From NCBI GenBank assembly GCA_003278525.1, contig QCEQ01000001.1, positions 97,934 to 161,933 on the forward strand: 64,000 nucleotides of DNA, written 5' to 3'. Below the pieces are notes generated by a model, which saw nothing but the letters and a program-made list of their open reading frames with translations, was not told where the DNA came from and ran no database searches. Positions 17,530-29,671 of the stretch are shown in pieces; position 1 is the stretch's first letter, and each line of letters starts with the position of its first letter. The DNA comes from Prochlorococcus sp. AG-355-P16 (GTDB taxonomy: Bacteria > Cyanobacteriota > Cyanobacteriia > PCC-6307 > Cyanobiaceae). Position numbers and translations under genes: made by a program.

Positions 17530-18816
17530 ATGAAGATCATAAATCATAAAAAAGAAGCTATTGAAGAATTAAAAAGGATTTCTACTCGAACTAATTCAGA
17601 AAACAATAATAAGATAAACACAATTGTTGAAGAAATTCTTCAAGAAATAAAAATTTCTGGAGATATAGCAGTTAAAAAATATACAAAAAAATTTGATGGT
17701 TTCGACCCTGACCCTATGCAAGTGAGTGCGGAACTCATAAAAAATGCATGGAATGAAATTGATAACAATTTAAAGCGCTCACTTGAGGTAGCGCATAAAA
17801 GAATTCAAAAATTTCATGAAAAAGAAATCCCTCAGTCTTTCACTATAAAAGGCGAATATGGTGATATGGTCCAAAGACAATGGAGACCAGTTAAAAGTGC
17901 CGGTATTTATATTCCTGGTGGTAGAGCTGCTTATCCAAGTACTGTATTAATGAATGCAATACCTGCAAAAGTTGCAGGAGTAAAAGAAATCATAATGGTT
18001 TCTCCTGGGAATAGAGAAGGGGAAATAAACAAAACTGTTTTAGCTGCAGCTCACTTATCAGGAATCAATAAAGTATTTAGAATTGGAGGAGCTCAAGCAA
18101 TTGGTGCTTTAGCATTTGGCACAAATCAAATCAATAAAGTTGATGTTATTTCAGGTCCAGGGAATATCTATGTTACAACTGCGAAAAAACTCATTTATGG
18201 CTCTACAGGGATTGATTCTTTAGCTGGTCCAAGTGAAATATTAATCATTGCTGATGAAACAGCTCAAAGCACTCATATAGCATCTGATCTACTAGCACAG
18301 GCAGAACATGATCCTTTAGCTTCATCAATACTTCTAACTACATCAAAAAACCAAGCAAAAGAAGTTTTCGCAGAACTTTATAAAAAAATAGATGATCATC
18401 CAAGAAAGGAAATTTGCATGGAATCAATAAAAAATTGGGGGTTAATTGTGATTTGCGAAAATTATGAATCATGTGTTGAACTAAGCAATAACTTTGCCCC
18501 GGAGCACCTAGAAATTCTTACTATGAATTCAAAAAAAATTCTTGAAGGTATTGAGAATGCAGGAGCGATATTTTTGGGGAAATGGACCCCAGAAGCTGTT
18601 GGAGATTATCTTGCTGGACCAAATCATACTTTACCAACATCAGGAAATTCTAGATTTAGCGGTTCTTTAGGGGTTGAAACTTTTATGAAAAATACTTCAA
18701 TAATAGAATTTAATGAAGAAAGTTTAAAAGTAAATAGCCTTGATATCATTAATCTTGCTAAAAGTGAGGGCTTACATAGCCACGCTAACTCAGTACAAAT
18801 AAGATTTGAAGATTAG
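17530..18816 (+). CDS. hisD: Histidinol dehydrogenase
   Basis: [38 protein letters not shown] and [13 protein letters not shown]. Confidence 0.96.
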   Translation: MKIINHKKEAIEELKRISTRTNSENNNKINTIVEEILQEIKISGDIAVKKYTKKFDGFDPDPMQVSAELIKNAWNEIDNNLKRSLEVAHKRIQKFHEKEIPQSFTIKGEYGDMVQRQWRPVKSAGIYIPGGRAAYPSTVLMNAIPAKVAGVKEIIMVSPGNREGEINKTVLAAAHLSGINKVFRIGGAQAIGALAFGTNQINKVDVISGPGNIYVTTAKKLIYGSTGIDSLAGPSEILIIADETAQSTHIASDLLAQAEHDPLASSILLTTSKNQAKEVFAELYKKIDDHPRKEICMESIKNWGLIVICENYESCVELSNNFAPEHLEILTMNSKKILEGIENAGAIFLGKWTPEAVGDYLAGPNHTLPTSGNSRFSGSLGVETFMKNTSIIEFNEESLKVNSLDIINLAKSEGLHSHANSVQIRFED

Positions 18817-19526
18817 TAAGCTCTTGAGGGTGAGTAAACTACTGGAGTGTTGTTTTCAAGTTTACCAACTAATACTTTGTCTGTAAGATCAACAAATAAT
18901 CCATTTTCTAATACTCCTGGAATATTATTAATCGCCATTTCAACGTCTTTTGGATTCGTAATACCATCATTAAAAAATACATCTAGGATAAGATTGCCTT
19001 GATCAGTAACAATAGGGCCCGCTTTTTTAGTAGCCATTCTTAAAGAAGAACTGCCATTCATTTCTGAAATCACTTCCTTAACTTGCTTCCAAGCATTTGG
19101 AAGTACTTCTACAGGTAAAGGAAAAGATTGATTTAGATTTTGTACAAGTTTAGTTTCATCAACAACAATCAACAATTGATCAGCTTTAGATGCAACTAAC
19201 TTTTCTCTTACATGGCATGCTCCACCACCTTTTATTAATTGAAATCCTGGATCAACTTCATCTGCTCCATCAATAGCTAAATCAATTTGAGAAACAGAAG
19301 CTAAATCAATAAGTGGGATATCTAACTCAAGCGCTAAAACTTCTGATTGAAAAGAAGTTGCAACACCTCTAATATTTTGAATTTTTCCAAGACGAATTTC
19401 ATCGGCTAGGCTTTTTATCATTAAAGCAGCTGTAGATCCAGAACCTAATCCGAGAATCATGTCACTCTTTACTTCCATTATTGCTGCATCAGCAACAACT
19501 TGTTTCATTTGAGTTTGTGGATCCAA
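18813..19526 (-). CDS. rpiA: Ribose-5-phosphate isomerase A
   Basis: GLGSGST, DGADEVD and IKGGG; convergent 4-nt overlap with hisD. Confidence 0.95.
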   Translation of the reverse strand: MDPQTQMKQVVADAAIMEVKSDMILGLGSGSTAALMIKSLADEIRLGKIQNIRGVATSFQSEVLALELDIPLIDLASVSQIDLAIDGADEVDPGFQLIKGGGACHVREKLVASKADQLLIVVDETKLVQNLNQSFPLPVEVLPNAWKQVKEVISEMNGSSSLRMATKKAGPIVTDQGNLILDVFFNDGITNPKDVEMAINNIPGVLENGLFVDLTDKVLVGKLENNTPVVYSPSRAY

Positions 19527-19573
19527 AATCTTTTTCTCTAATGCTTATAGATTATTTAATTTCAATGGGTGAT

Positions 19574-20704
<1,131 letters not shown>

Positions 20705-20857
20705 TTAAGTAATAGTTTTTGATTATTTTGATAAATCTAATTGAAGAAATATTTAATTGTTGTTTTTTTGTTTACATCCATAAAAAACAAATTTTAAATT
20801 TTTCTATAGAAAAAACTTGTTTGTGTGTGAAAATAATTGAAATAATTTTTAGAGAAT

Positions 20858-21325
20858 TTGAATAAAGAAAACAAAAGTAAATTAGAAATTTTATTAAAAA
20901 AATTAGCTAATGAAAAAGATTTAGAAATCTACGGTTTAAATATTCATACTAATCAGAAGCCAATTGTTATTGAAATAATTATAAAAAAAACCAATGGAGA
21001 AGACATTTCCCTGGATGATTGTGCCCTATTTAATACTCCAGCATCTGAAGAAATAGAAAAATCAAATCTTTTAAATTGTTCATATGTGTTAGAAATTAGT
21101 AGTCAAGGGGTCAGTGATGAATTAACCTCAGAAAGAGACTTCAAAACTTTTAAGGGTTTTCCAGTTAATGTTGAGTTAAACCAAAAGAATTCAAAAATAA
21201 AATTCCTGAATGGTTTACTTTATGAAAAGTCTAATGATTATTTAGCCATTAACATTAAAGGTAGGATAAAGAAAATCCCTTTAGATGAAGTATTAAAAAT
21301 TAGTCTTTGCACCTTAAAAGATTAA
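20858..21325 (+). CDS. rimP: Ribosome maturation factor RimP
   Basis: ISLDDC and YVLEISSQG; position upstream of nusA. Confidence 0.9.
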   Translation: MNKENKSKLEILLKKLANEKDLEIYGLNIHTNQKPIVIEIIIKKTNGEDISLDDCALFNTPASEEIEKSNLLNCSYVLEISSQGVSDELTSERDFKTFKGFPVNVELNQKNSKIKFLNGLLYEKSNDYLAINIKGRIKKIPLDEVLKISLCTLKD

Positions 21326-21361
21326 TTATTTTTCAACCATTATTCAATTTTCCCATCATAG

Positions 21362-22762
21362 ATGGCTTTAGTTATTCTCCCAGGTTTAAACAATCTTATT
21401 AACGACATTAGTGAGGAAAAAAAATTACCTCCTAATATCGTTGAAGCAGCCTTGCGCGAAGCTTTATTAAAGGGTTACGAAAAATATAGAAGAACTTTTT
21501 ACATTGGAGTTAACGAAGATCCATTTGATGAAGAATACTTTAGTAATTTTGATGTTGGGCTAGATCTAGATGAAGAGGGTTATAGAATTTTATCTAGTAA
21601 AATAATCGTTGAAGAAGTTGAGAGCGAAGATCATCAAATATCTTTAGTAGAAGTTAAACAAGTTGCTGATGATGCTCAAATTGGTGACACAGTTGTATTA
21701 GACGTAACTCCTGAAAAAGAAGATTTTGGGCGAATGGCTGCTTCAACAACAAAGCAAGTTTTAGCGCAAAAATTAAGGGATCAACAACGAAAAATGATCC
21801 AAGAAGAATTTGCAGATTTGGAGGATCCTGTTTTAACTGCAAGAGTTATTAGATTTGAGAGACAATCAGTAATTATGGGAGTTAGTTCGGGAATCGGCAG
21901 GCCTGAGGTTGAAGCAGAACTTCCCAAGAGAGATCAATTACCTAATGATAACTATAGAGCTAATGCAACTTTCAAAGTATTTTTGAAAGAAGTTAGCGAA
22001 ATAGCTAGAAAAGGACCACAACTTTTTGTGAGTAGAGCTAATGCTGGTTTAGTTGTTTATTTATTTGAAAATGAAGTTCCAGAAATTCAAGAGGGGACAG
22101 TAAAAATTGTTGCTGTTTCAAGAGAAGCTAATCCTCCCTCAAGAGCTGTTGGGCCAAGAACAAAAGTAGCTGTTGATAGCGTCGAACAAGAAGTTGACCC
22201 TGTAGGTGCCTGTATTGGAGCTAGAGGAGCAAGAATCCAACAAGTAGTGAATGAATTAAGAGGAGAAAAAATTGATGTTATTAAATGGTCATCTGACCCA
22301 ATTCAGTACATTTTAAACTCTTTAAGTCCTGCGAAAGTTGATCTCGTCAGACTAGTTGACCCAGAAGGTCAACACGCACACGTACTAGTTCCTCCAGATC
22401 AGTTGAGTCTTGCAATTGGTCGAGAAGGACAAAATGTGAGACTTGCAGCAAGGTTAACTGGTTGGAAGATTGATGTTAAAAACTCACATGAATACGATCA
22501 AGAAGCAGAAGATGCTGTAGTCTCAGAATTGATCATTCAAAGGGAAGATGAAGAGAATCTCCAGCGAGAAGCTGAGCTTAGATTAGAAGCAGAACAAGCT
22601 GAGCGTGCTGCGGAAGATGCAAGATTAAGAGAGCTTTATCCCCTTCCTGAAGATGATGAAGAATATGGACAAGAAACATATGAAGAGACTTACTCTGAGA
22701 GTGATCAATTAGAGACTGTTCAAGAGGGTGAAATTTCTGCCAAAGAGGAGAGAAAACGGTGA
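21362..22762 (+). CDS. nusA: Transcription termination/antitermination factor NusA
   Basis: FGRMAA, S1 and KH domains, GACIGARG, LAIGREGQNVRLA. Confidence 0.96.
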   Translation: MALVILPGLNNLINDISEEKKLPPNIVEAALREALLKGYEKYRRTFYIGVNEDPFDEEYFSNFDVGLDLDEEGYRILSSKIIVEEVESEDHQISLVEVKQVADDAQIGDTVVLDVTPEKEDFGRMAASTTKQVLAQKLRDQQRKMIQEEFADLEDPVLTARVIRFERQSVIMGVSSGIGRPEVEAELPKRDQLPNDNYRANATFKVFLKEVSEIARKGPQLFVSRANAGLVVYLFENEVPEIQEGTVKIVAVSREANPPSRAVGPRTKVAVDSVEQEVDPVGACIGARGARIQQVVNELRGEKIDVIKWSSDPIQYILNSLSPAKVDLVRLVDPEGQHAHVLVPPDQLSLAIGREGQNVRLAARLTGWKIDVKNSHEYDQEAEDAVVSELIIQREDEENLQREAELRLEAEQAERAAEDARLRELYPLPEDDEEYGQETYEETYSESDQLETVQEGEISAKEERKR

Positions 22763-23040
22763 TACAACAAACTCCTGTTTTGCGTATGTGCATTTCATGC
22801 AAAAAAATATATGACAGGAAACATCTTATAAAGATTACTAAAGATCATAAGCAAGGTATTATGTTTCAAAAGGGGATGGGACGATCAGCCTACATTTGCA
22901 AGTCAAAAAAATGTTACTCAGATTCCAAGATCAAAAAAAAGCTTCAAAAAGCTTTAAAAACACCCTTAGGATCGAAATTTATTGATATTTTTGAAAAAGA
23001 AATTACAAGCTATAATTACTATCCCAATAAGGGAATATAA
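22759..23040 (+). CDS. ylxR: YlxR/DUF448 RNA-binding protein
   Basis: RMCISC...GRSAYIC; sits between nusA and infB. Confidence 0.85.
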   Translation: MIQQTPVLRMCISCKKIYDRKHLIKITKDHKQGIMFQKGMGRSAYICKSKKCYSDSKIKKKLQKALKTPLGSKFIDIFEKEITSYNYYPNKGI

Positions 23041-23089
23041 TTAAAATAAATCCTTTTTAATTTTCCTAAAAGAGTCCAAATCAGATTAA

Positions 23090-26000
23090 ATGACTATCAG
23101 CGATAAAATCAGAATTTACGAACTTTCCAGAGACTTAAATCTGGAAAATAAGGATATATTGGATGCCGCTCAAAAACTATCGATAACAGTAAAAAGTCAT
23201 AGCAGTTCAATTAGTGCAGAAGAAGCAACAAAAATAAAAAATCTTATTAATAAAAAAAATTCTGATAAAGAAATTCTTTCTATTAAGAAACCTGCAATTA
23301 AAAAAGATAATTACAAACAAAACAAAGAAGATGAATCTTCTGTTAAGTCTTCTATGAAGGAGAATCCTCTTAAAAATAATTCAAATAAAAAGCCATTATT
23401 GATGAAACCTCTGAATCAACCTGAGAGTCAAAAATTAACTTCAAACAAACCTACAAATCTCAATAAACCCACAATTACAATTAATTCACAATCTCGATCA
23501 AATCTTACAAATCAAAATACAAATAGTAAAAATATACAAAATTCCAACCAAGATAAAAAAACATTTCGAAATAACATAACTCCACCTATAAACAGTCCTG
23601 AAAAACCTCCTATTCAACTAATTGCTAAGCCTAAAAATATTAATAATAATGCTAAATCTAATGAATCTTCTAAGAGCCTCTCCAGTTTGGGGGGGAAAAG
23701 ACAAATCTCAAGCAACCCTGATCTAAATTCGAACAAATCTAAAATAAAAAATATTAATAACAGAATGTCACCCCCTGAGCTTGTTGGAGCTCCAATAAGA
23801 AGAGAGGGAAATACTCAGCAAAATAATAAGCAAAACATTTCTTTTAAACAAACTGTACCAAACAGACCTGGTACGCCTAATAGGCCTGGATTAAGAAACA
23901 AACCATCAGATCAAGGCAGACCAGGATCTTTCAATAAACAAGCCAATGCTAATAGGCCCGGTGCTCCCAACAGATCTGGCATGCCTAATAGGCCTGGATT
24001 AAGAAACAAACCATCAGATCAAGGCAGACCAGGATCTTTCAATAGACATCCTAATGCTAATAGGCCCGGCGCTCCCAACAGACCTGGCATGTCTAATAGG
24101 CCCGGCGCTCCTAACAGACCTGGCATGTCTAATAGGCCTGGACCTAAATTCAATGATCAAAAGTCACCTGGCATTAGAAAGCCAGTATCACCTAATGAAC
24201 TTCTGCAACTTCAAAAAACTAATAAATCTGAGAATGATAAACAAGTTTTGAAGAAAAATGAAAAGCAAAATATTGAGACAACTAAACAGAAGGCTAAAGC
24301 TCCAAGTAGCCGGCCACATTCTGCCCCTAATTCTAAAAAACCACCCCATAGAACATTTTCAAATAATTCTAAGAAAGTAGGAAAGACAGACTGGGACGAT
24401 AGTGCAAAACTTGAAGCACTAAGAAGCAAAAATACCCAAAAACAAAGACAGAAAGTTCATATTATCGGTGAGAATGATGATTCTTTAACATCTGAAACTA
24501 GTGGGTATTCAGGCGAAAAAATTTCAATCTTATCAGCTAGTTTGGCACGTCCAAAGAAAGAAAAGTCTGATGAATCTAAATCTCAAAAAACTATAAAACA
24601 ATTTAAAAAGAAGAAAAAAGAAACTACTAGGCAAAGGCAGAAAAGAAGAGCCATGGAGTTAAAGGCTGCTAAAGACGCTAAACAAGTAAGGCCTGAAATG
24701 ATAATAGTACCCGAAGATAATTTAACAGTTCAAGAATTAGCTGATAAATTAAGTCTTGAAAGTTCTGAAATAATTAAATCTCTCTTTTTTAAAGGAATAA
24801 CTGCAACTGTTACTCAATCACTAGATTTAGCAACTATTGAGACAGTAGCAGAAGAATTTGGGGTACCTGTTTTACAAGATGATATCCAAGAAGCTGCTGA
24901 AAAAACAGTAGATATGATCGAATCTGAAGATATTGATAATCTAATGAGAAGACCTCCTGTTATTACAGTGATGGGTCATGTAGATCATGGTAAAACAAGT
25001 CTTTTAGATTCCATCAGAGAATCAAGAGTAGCTTCGGGGGAAGCAGGGGGCATCACTCAACACATAGGGGCTTATCAAGTTGAATTTGAACATGAATCTA
25101 AAAAGAAAAAATTAACTTTTCTCGATACCCCTGGTCATGAAGCCTTTACTGCAATGAGAGCAAGGGGTACAAAGGTTACAGATGTAGCAGTTCTTGTAGT
25201 TGCTGCAGATGATGGTTGCAGACCTCAAACACTAGAAGCAATCAGTCATGCAAGAGCTGCAAAAGTACCTATTGTTGTTGCAATAAATAAAATTGACAAG
25301 GAAGGGGCATCTCCAGACAGAGTAAAGCAGGAACTATCAGAAAAAGATTTAATTGCTGAAGATTGGGGAGGAGATACAGTAATGGTTCCAGTAAGTGCTA
25401 TCAAAAAACAAAACATTGATAAATTACTCGAAATGATTTTATTAGTTTCCGAGGTGGAAGATTTACAAGCTAACCCTGATAGATTTGCAAAAGGTACAGT
25501 TATTGAAGCTCACCTAGACAAAGCCAAAGGTCCTGTTGCTACTTTGTTGGTACAAAATGGAACCTTGAAATCTGGAGATGTTTTAGCTGCGGGTTCAGTC
25601 CTTGGAAAAATTAGAGCAATGGTTGATGAACATGGTAATAGAATCAAAGAAGCAGGACCATCATTCCCAGTAGAAGCGCTAGGATTCAGTGAAGTACCCA
25701 CTGCAGGGGATGAATTCGAAGTCTACCCTGATGAGAAAACTGCTAGAGCCATTGTCGGAGAAAGGGCGACAGATGCTAGAGCTACAAAATTAGCTCAGCA
25801 AATGGCCTCAAGAAGAGTTAGCTTATCATCCTTATCAACTCAAGCAAATGATGGAGAACTAAAGGAGTTAAACTTAATTCTTAAAGCCGATGTTCAAGGT
25901 AGTGTTGAAGCAATTTTAGGATCTCTAGAACAATTACCAAAAAATGAAGTTCAAGTCAGAGTTCTACTTTCTGCTCCAGGAGAAATAACTGAGACAGATA

Positions 26001-26476
26001 TAGATCTCGCTGCTGCATCTGGGTCAGTAATCATTGGGTTTAACACCTCATTGGCTTCTGGCGCGAAGAGAGCAGCTGATGCTAATGATGTTGACATAAG
26101 AGAATATGAAGTAATTTATAAACTTCTAGAAGATATTCAGTTGGCCATGGAGGGTCTGCTTGAACCAGATCTTGTCGAAGAATCTTTAGGTCAAGCGGAA
26201 GTTAGAGCAACTTTCGCAGTCGGTAAAGGAGCTATTGCGGGATGTTATATACAAACCGGCAAATTACAAAGAAATTGTTCGCTGAGAGTTATTAGATCAG
26301 ATAAAGTAATTTTTGAGGGTAATTTAGACTCTCTAAAAAGAGCTAAAGATGATGTAAAAGAAGTAAATACAGGATTTGAATGTGGAGTTGGCTGCGATAA
26401 ATTCTCTACATGGATTGAAGGAGATATAATCGAAGCATTCAAATTTGTAACTAAAAAGAGGACACTATCACAATAA
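23090..26476 (+). CDS. infB: Translation initiation factor IF-2
   Basis: [13 protein letters not shown] and NKID G-domain; long low-complexity N-terminus. Confidence 0.97.
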   Translation: MTISDKIRIYELSRDLNLENKDILDAAQKLSITVKSHSSSISAEEATKIKNLINKKNSDKEILSIKKPAIKKDNYKQNKEDESSVKSSMKENPLKNNSNKKPLLMKPLNQPESQKLTSNKPTNLNKPTITINSQSRSNLTNQNTNSKNIQNSNQDKKTFRNNITPPINSPEKPPIQLIAKPKNINNNAKSNESSKSLSSLGGKRQISSNPDLNSNKSKIKNINNRMSPPELVGAPIRREGNTQQNNKQNISFKQTVPNRPGTPNRPGLRNKPSDQGRPGSFNKQANANRPGAPNRSGMPNRPGLRNKPSDQGRPGSFNRHPNANRPGAPNRPGMSNRPGAPNRPGMSNRPGPKFNDQKSPGIRKPVSPNELLQLQKTNKSENDKQVLKKNEKQNIETTKQKAKAPSSRPHSAPNSKKPPHRTFSNNSKKVGKTDWDDSAKLEALRSKNTQKQRQKVHIIGENDDSLTSETSGYSGEKISILSASLARPKKEKSDESKSQKTIKQFKKKKKETTRQRQKRRAMELKAAKDAKQVRPEMIIVPEDNLTVQELADKLSLESSEIIKSLFFKGITATVTQSLDLATIETVAEEFGVPVLQDDIQEAAEKTVDMIESEDIDNLMRRPPVITVMGHVDHGKTSLLDSIRESRVASGEAGGITQHIGAYQVEFEHESKKKKLTFLDTPGHEAFTAMRARGTKVTDVAVLVVAADDGCRPQTLEAISHARAAKVPIVVAINKIDKEGASPDRVKQELSEKDLIAEDWGGDTVMVPVSAIKKQNIDKLLEMILLVSEVEDLQANPDRFAKGTVIEAHLDKAKGPVATLLVQNGTLKSGDVLAAGSVLGKIRAMVDEHGNRIKEAGPSFPVEALGFSEVPTAGDEFEVYPDEKTARAIVGERATDARATKLAQQMASRRVSLSSLSTQANDGELKELNLILKADVQGSVEAILGSLEQLPKNEVQVRVLLSAPGEITETDIDLAAASGSVIIGFNTSLASGAKRAADANDVDIREYEVIYKLLEDIQLAMEGLLEPDLVEESLGQAEVRATFAVGKGAIAGCYIQTGKLQRNCSLRVIRSDKVIFEGNLDSLKRAKDDVKEVNTGFECGVGCDKFSTWIEGDIIEAFKFVTKKRTLSQ
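23858..24141 (+). repeat. Coding tandem repeats (PNRPG units) inside infB
   Basis: 62-nt identical block at 23875-23936 and 23983-24044 (108-nt period); 36-nt near-identical tandem at 24057-24092 and 24093-24128. Confidence 0.9.
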
Positions 26477-26492
26477 ATAAACATCTAAATTA

Positions 26493-26729
26493 TTAATCTT
26501 TATTTTTGTCAAAGATTAATAAAGTAGGAAATATTATACAAGCACCCAACTGTATGAGAAGGTTATTTTGCTGTAATTCAATTCCGCTTGCAATTCTGGA
26601 AAGCATTATTAAAAGTCCCAAAAATGCAGATCCGCTAAAAGCTATCCACAATATTCTTCTCAATCCCTTGAAAGGAGCTTGGGATTCCTTTAATAATTTC
26701 TTTTTTAATTCAGGATCTATTTTTGACAT
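26493..26729 (-). CDS. DUF3493 (LPA1-like) two-TM membrane protein
   Basis: ESQAPFKGLRRILWIAF motif plus two hydrophobic helices; recalled similarity to the PSII assembly factor LPA1 C-terminal domain. Confidence 0.72.
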   Translation of the reverse strand: MSKIDPELKKKLLKESQAPFKGLRRILWIAFSGSAFLGLLIMLSRIASGIELQQNNLLIQLGACIIFPTLLIFDKNKD

Positions 26730-26783
26730 AAATATTTTAAATCATAAAATTAAGTTTATATGAAAAATTCAATATTTAATATT

Positions 26784-26855
26784 GCCGGTATAGCTCAGCG
26801 GTAGAGCAACTGTCTCGTAAACAGTAGGTCATTGGTTCAATTCCAATTATCGGCA
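26784..26855 (+). tRNA. trnT: tRNA-Thr(CGT)
   Basis: Acceptor stem GCCGGTA/TATCGGC, D-arm TAGCTCAGCGGTAGAGC, anticodon arm ACTGT-CTCGTAA-ACAGT, T-arm ATTGG-TTCAATT-CCAAT; CCA not encoded. Confidence 0.95.
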
Positions 26856-26879
26856 CTTAAAAAAGAAATTAAAACTAAA

Positions 26880-28433
26880 ATGTTTAATAAAATTTTTAAA
26901 TTTAGATATCTCTTAAATTTATCTTTTTTTATTCCCCTTATATTTTCTTTTGGCAAAAGAAGTTATATTGCTTTTGATGAAGGTTTTTATGCTCTACAAG
27001 CTAGATGGATATTAGATAAAGGTAACTGGACAATTCCTCTTTGGTGGGATGAATATGTTTTAGATAGAACAATAGGATTACAGTATTTAATGGCAAAGTC
27101 ACAAGACTTATTTGGAAGAAATATTTTTTCGGCATATCTACCAACATTATTAGCTTCAATATTGATGCTATTTACAACTTATAAATTACATGAAGAATTA
27201 TTTAATAAAAAATATGCAATTATATCTCCACTAATCCTTGCTACGACATATCTATGGTTTGACTATTCACACTTAGCCACCCAAGATATTATTTATTCAT
27301 TTTTAGTAACTATTGGGGTTTTAGCTTTAGTCAAAATAAAAAGTAAAAAAAACAAACTCTATATTCTGCTTTTTGGAATTTGGATTGGCTTAGCTTTTAT
27401 GATGAAAACTTTTTTAGTTTTTGTACCATTATTATCACTGATACCATATTTTTTTTTAAAAAAAAATTTTTTATTCATCAAATTCTTTTGGTTAGGCCTA
27501 CTAATTGGATTTATTCCTTTTTTATTCTGGACGATTTCTATCAACCCTTATTTAGACAAAAATATTATATTTTACTTAGTTGAAAAGTTTAGCTTTTTAT
27601 CAAGTCAAAATACTTTTACAAATCCTTTCTACTATTATTTCTGGAATATACCCGTGACATTTTTACCATGGAGTTTTTTCGCAATTATTGGCATGATGTA
27701 CAATATTTCTCAAAGTAGAGAGAATAAATATATACTCGTTTTTTTTCCCTTAATTTTAATAGCAACGCTTAGCATTTTTTCTACAAAAACACCTTACTAT
27801 ACTCTACAAATTTCATCTATTTTTTCATTAAATACTTATGCAGGAATTAAATATTTATTTAATTCGAAAAAATATAGTCAATTTTTTATATTTACAACTT
27901 CAAAAATAATTCCATTATTCATATTTGCTCTAACTATCACATATTATTTTTTCTTTAAAGATTCAAGTAACTTTAATACTAAGGAAAATACATTTATAAT
28001 TCTTGGATTATTATTTTTCGGATTATCTTGGTCATTAATAAAACAAAAAAATTCGTTCAAAGAAATATTAATAACTCTCATAATTGGGCCTTACTTATTT
28101 ACTTCATTTCTTTTGCAATCAGGTTTATTCACAGACAGATCAAGAGAACTAAGAGAGAAAATGGAATATGTGGCATCCCTTGATATAGTAAAAAATCAAC
28201 CGATCATGGTTGATAAAAAAGGAATAAACAACCCTCGATCGCAATCAAAAATCATAAGAATTGCTTTATTGACCCCTAAACTAGGTAAAGGATTAGACAG
28301 TATTAATCAGTTAAAAAAAACAGAATTAGCATGGACAACTGACCTTAAAACAACGCAAAATAATGATGATTTTTATGAATTGATATATGAGAATGATGTT
28401 TTAAATCCATGGAAATTAATATTAAAAAAGTAA
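26880..28433 (+). CDS. ArnT/PMT-like (GT-C, GT39/GT83) membrane glycosyltransferase
   Basis: DEGFYALQAR N-terminal loop, many TM helices, PFYYYFW..P..FLPWS and TKTPYY. The track start 26832 lies inside the tRNA, so ATG 26880 is used. Confidence 0.85.
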   Translation: MFNKIFKFRYLLNLSFFIPLIFSFGKRSYIAFDEGFYALQARWILDKGNWTIPLWWDEYVLDRTIGLQYLMAKSQDLFGRNIFSAYLPTLLASILMLFTTYKLHEELFNKKYAIISPLILATTYLWFDYSHLATQDIIYSFLVTIGVLALVKIKSKKNKLYILLFGIWIGLAFMMKTFLVFVPLLSLIPYFFLKKNFLFIKFFWLGLLIGFIPFLFWTISINPYLDKNIIFYLVEKFSFLSSQNTFTNPFYYYFWNIPVTFLPWSFFAIIGMMYNISQSRENKYILVFFPLILIATLSIFSTKTPYYTLQISSIFSLNTYAGIKYLFNSKKYSQFFIFTTSKIIPLFIFALTITYYFFFKDSSNFNTKENTFIILGLLFFGLSWSLIKQKNSFKEILITLIIGPYLFTSFLLQSGLFTDRSRELREKMEYVASLDIVKNQPIMVDKKGINNPRSQSKIIRIALLTPKLGKGLDSINQLKKTELAWTTDLKTTQNNDDFYELIYENDVLNPWKLILKK

Positions 28434-28474
28434 ATAAACCATATATAATTAGTTGTCGTTTGTAATCTTTAATA

Positions 28475-29566
28475 ATGAAATCTGTTAATAGTTGGAATTT
28501 GACTAATAATAAACTTCATCAATTATTCAAAGATAACAACGAATTTATTTCTATTAAAGTCCGTGGTAATACTTGGGAGCCAATCACTAGATGGCTAAGA
28601 TTAGACTCAAGAATTTTCAGGGAAACTACTAGGAAAGCAAGAATAACTTTATGCGATATTGAATCTTTAGCTGAAATTTATAATTACAGATCAATTAGAT
28701 GGAAAGCAAAAAAACTAACTCCTTTGCCTACTAAGATAATTCCACAATCAATTAAAAATACTTTCCGGAAAATACCAATTATTAAACAACTTGCCTACGA
28801 ACTCGAAATAGTTTTTTATAAATATAGTGAAAACATTTCTGAACATTTAATTTCAATAGTAATTCCTGCAAGAAATGAAGCTGGCAATAAAGAACTTTTA
28901 GTTAGTGCTTTAAATAAATTCAAAAAAATACCTAATAAATTAGAAATTATATTTGTTGAAGGTAATAGCAATGATAATACTTATGATATTTTGAAGGAGT
29001 TAAAAGAAAATTTCTCAAATTTCTTTAAGATATCTCTTTTAAAACAAACTTCTAAAGGGAAGAAAAATGCAGTCGTTGAGGGATTTAATATTTCTTCAGG
29101 TGAGACCCTCGCCATAATTGATAGTGATTTCACAGTAGATATTGATGACAGTATTGCAGCAATTATGGAATCAACCAAAAATAAAAATATCTTAATTAAT
29201 TGCGCCCGCACAACTTTTCCGATGGAAAAAGATGCGATGAGATGGGCAAATTACATAGGAAATAGACTCTTTGCAATATTTCTATCAATTCTTATAAATA
29301 AACCTGTATCAGATTCACTCTGTGGAACAAAAGTTTTTTCAAGAAAATTCTTTACACTTATGAAACAAAACGGAAGTTGGGATTCCAAATCCGACCCATT
29401 TGGAGACTTCACAATAATATTTGAAGCTGCGAACAATAATATAAAAATACTAAATTATCCTGTTAGGTATTACGCTAGAAAATCTGGCGTACCAAATATT
29501 TCTAGATGGATAGATGGATTAAAACTTCTCAAAGTATGCTGGATTTATATGATTTCTGATATCTGA
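28475..29566 (+). CDS. GT2 glycosyltransferase (polyprenol-phosphate glycosyltransferase-like) with N-terminal extension
   Basis: ISIVIPARNE, FVEGNSND, GKKNAV, IIDSD (DxD), DSLCGTK and DPFGDF. Confidence 0.88.
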   Translation: MKSVNSWNLTNNKLHQLFKDNNEFISIKVRGNTWEPITRWLRLDSRIFRETTRKARITLCDIESLAEIYNYRSIRWKAKKLTPLPTKIIPQSIKNTFRKIPIIKQLAYELEIVFYKYSENISEHLISIVIPARNEAGNKELLVSALNKFKKIPNKLEIIFVEGNSNDNTYDILKELKENFSNFFKISLLKQTSKGKKNAVVEGFNISSGETLAIIDSDFTVDIDDSIAAIMESTKNKNILINCARTTFPMEKDAMRWANYIGNRLFAIFLSILINKPVSDSLCGTKVFSRKFFTLMKQNGSWDSKSDPFGDFTIIFEAANNNIKILNYPVRYYARKSGVPNISRWIDGLKLLKVCWIYMISDI

Positions 29567-29671
29567 ATTAAATAAATTTTTCGTGAGTATTTTCTTAGAA
29601 TTTTTAATTTCTCCAAATTAGTAATAAAGTAGTTAGATTCTTAAGAGTATAAATTCATTAAATTTCATGAT

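Noticed and set aside
26832-26879. Track start of the ArnT-like ORF
   Set aside because: It begins inside tRNA-Thr; ATG 26880 is the plausible start.
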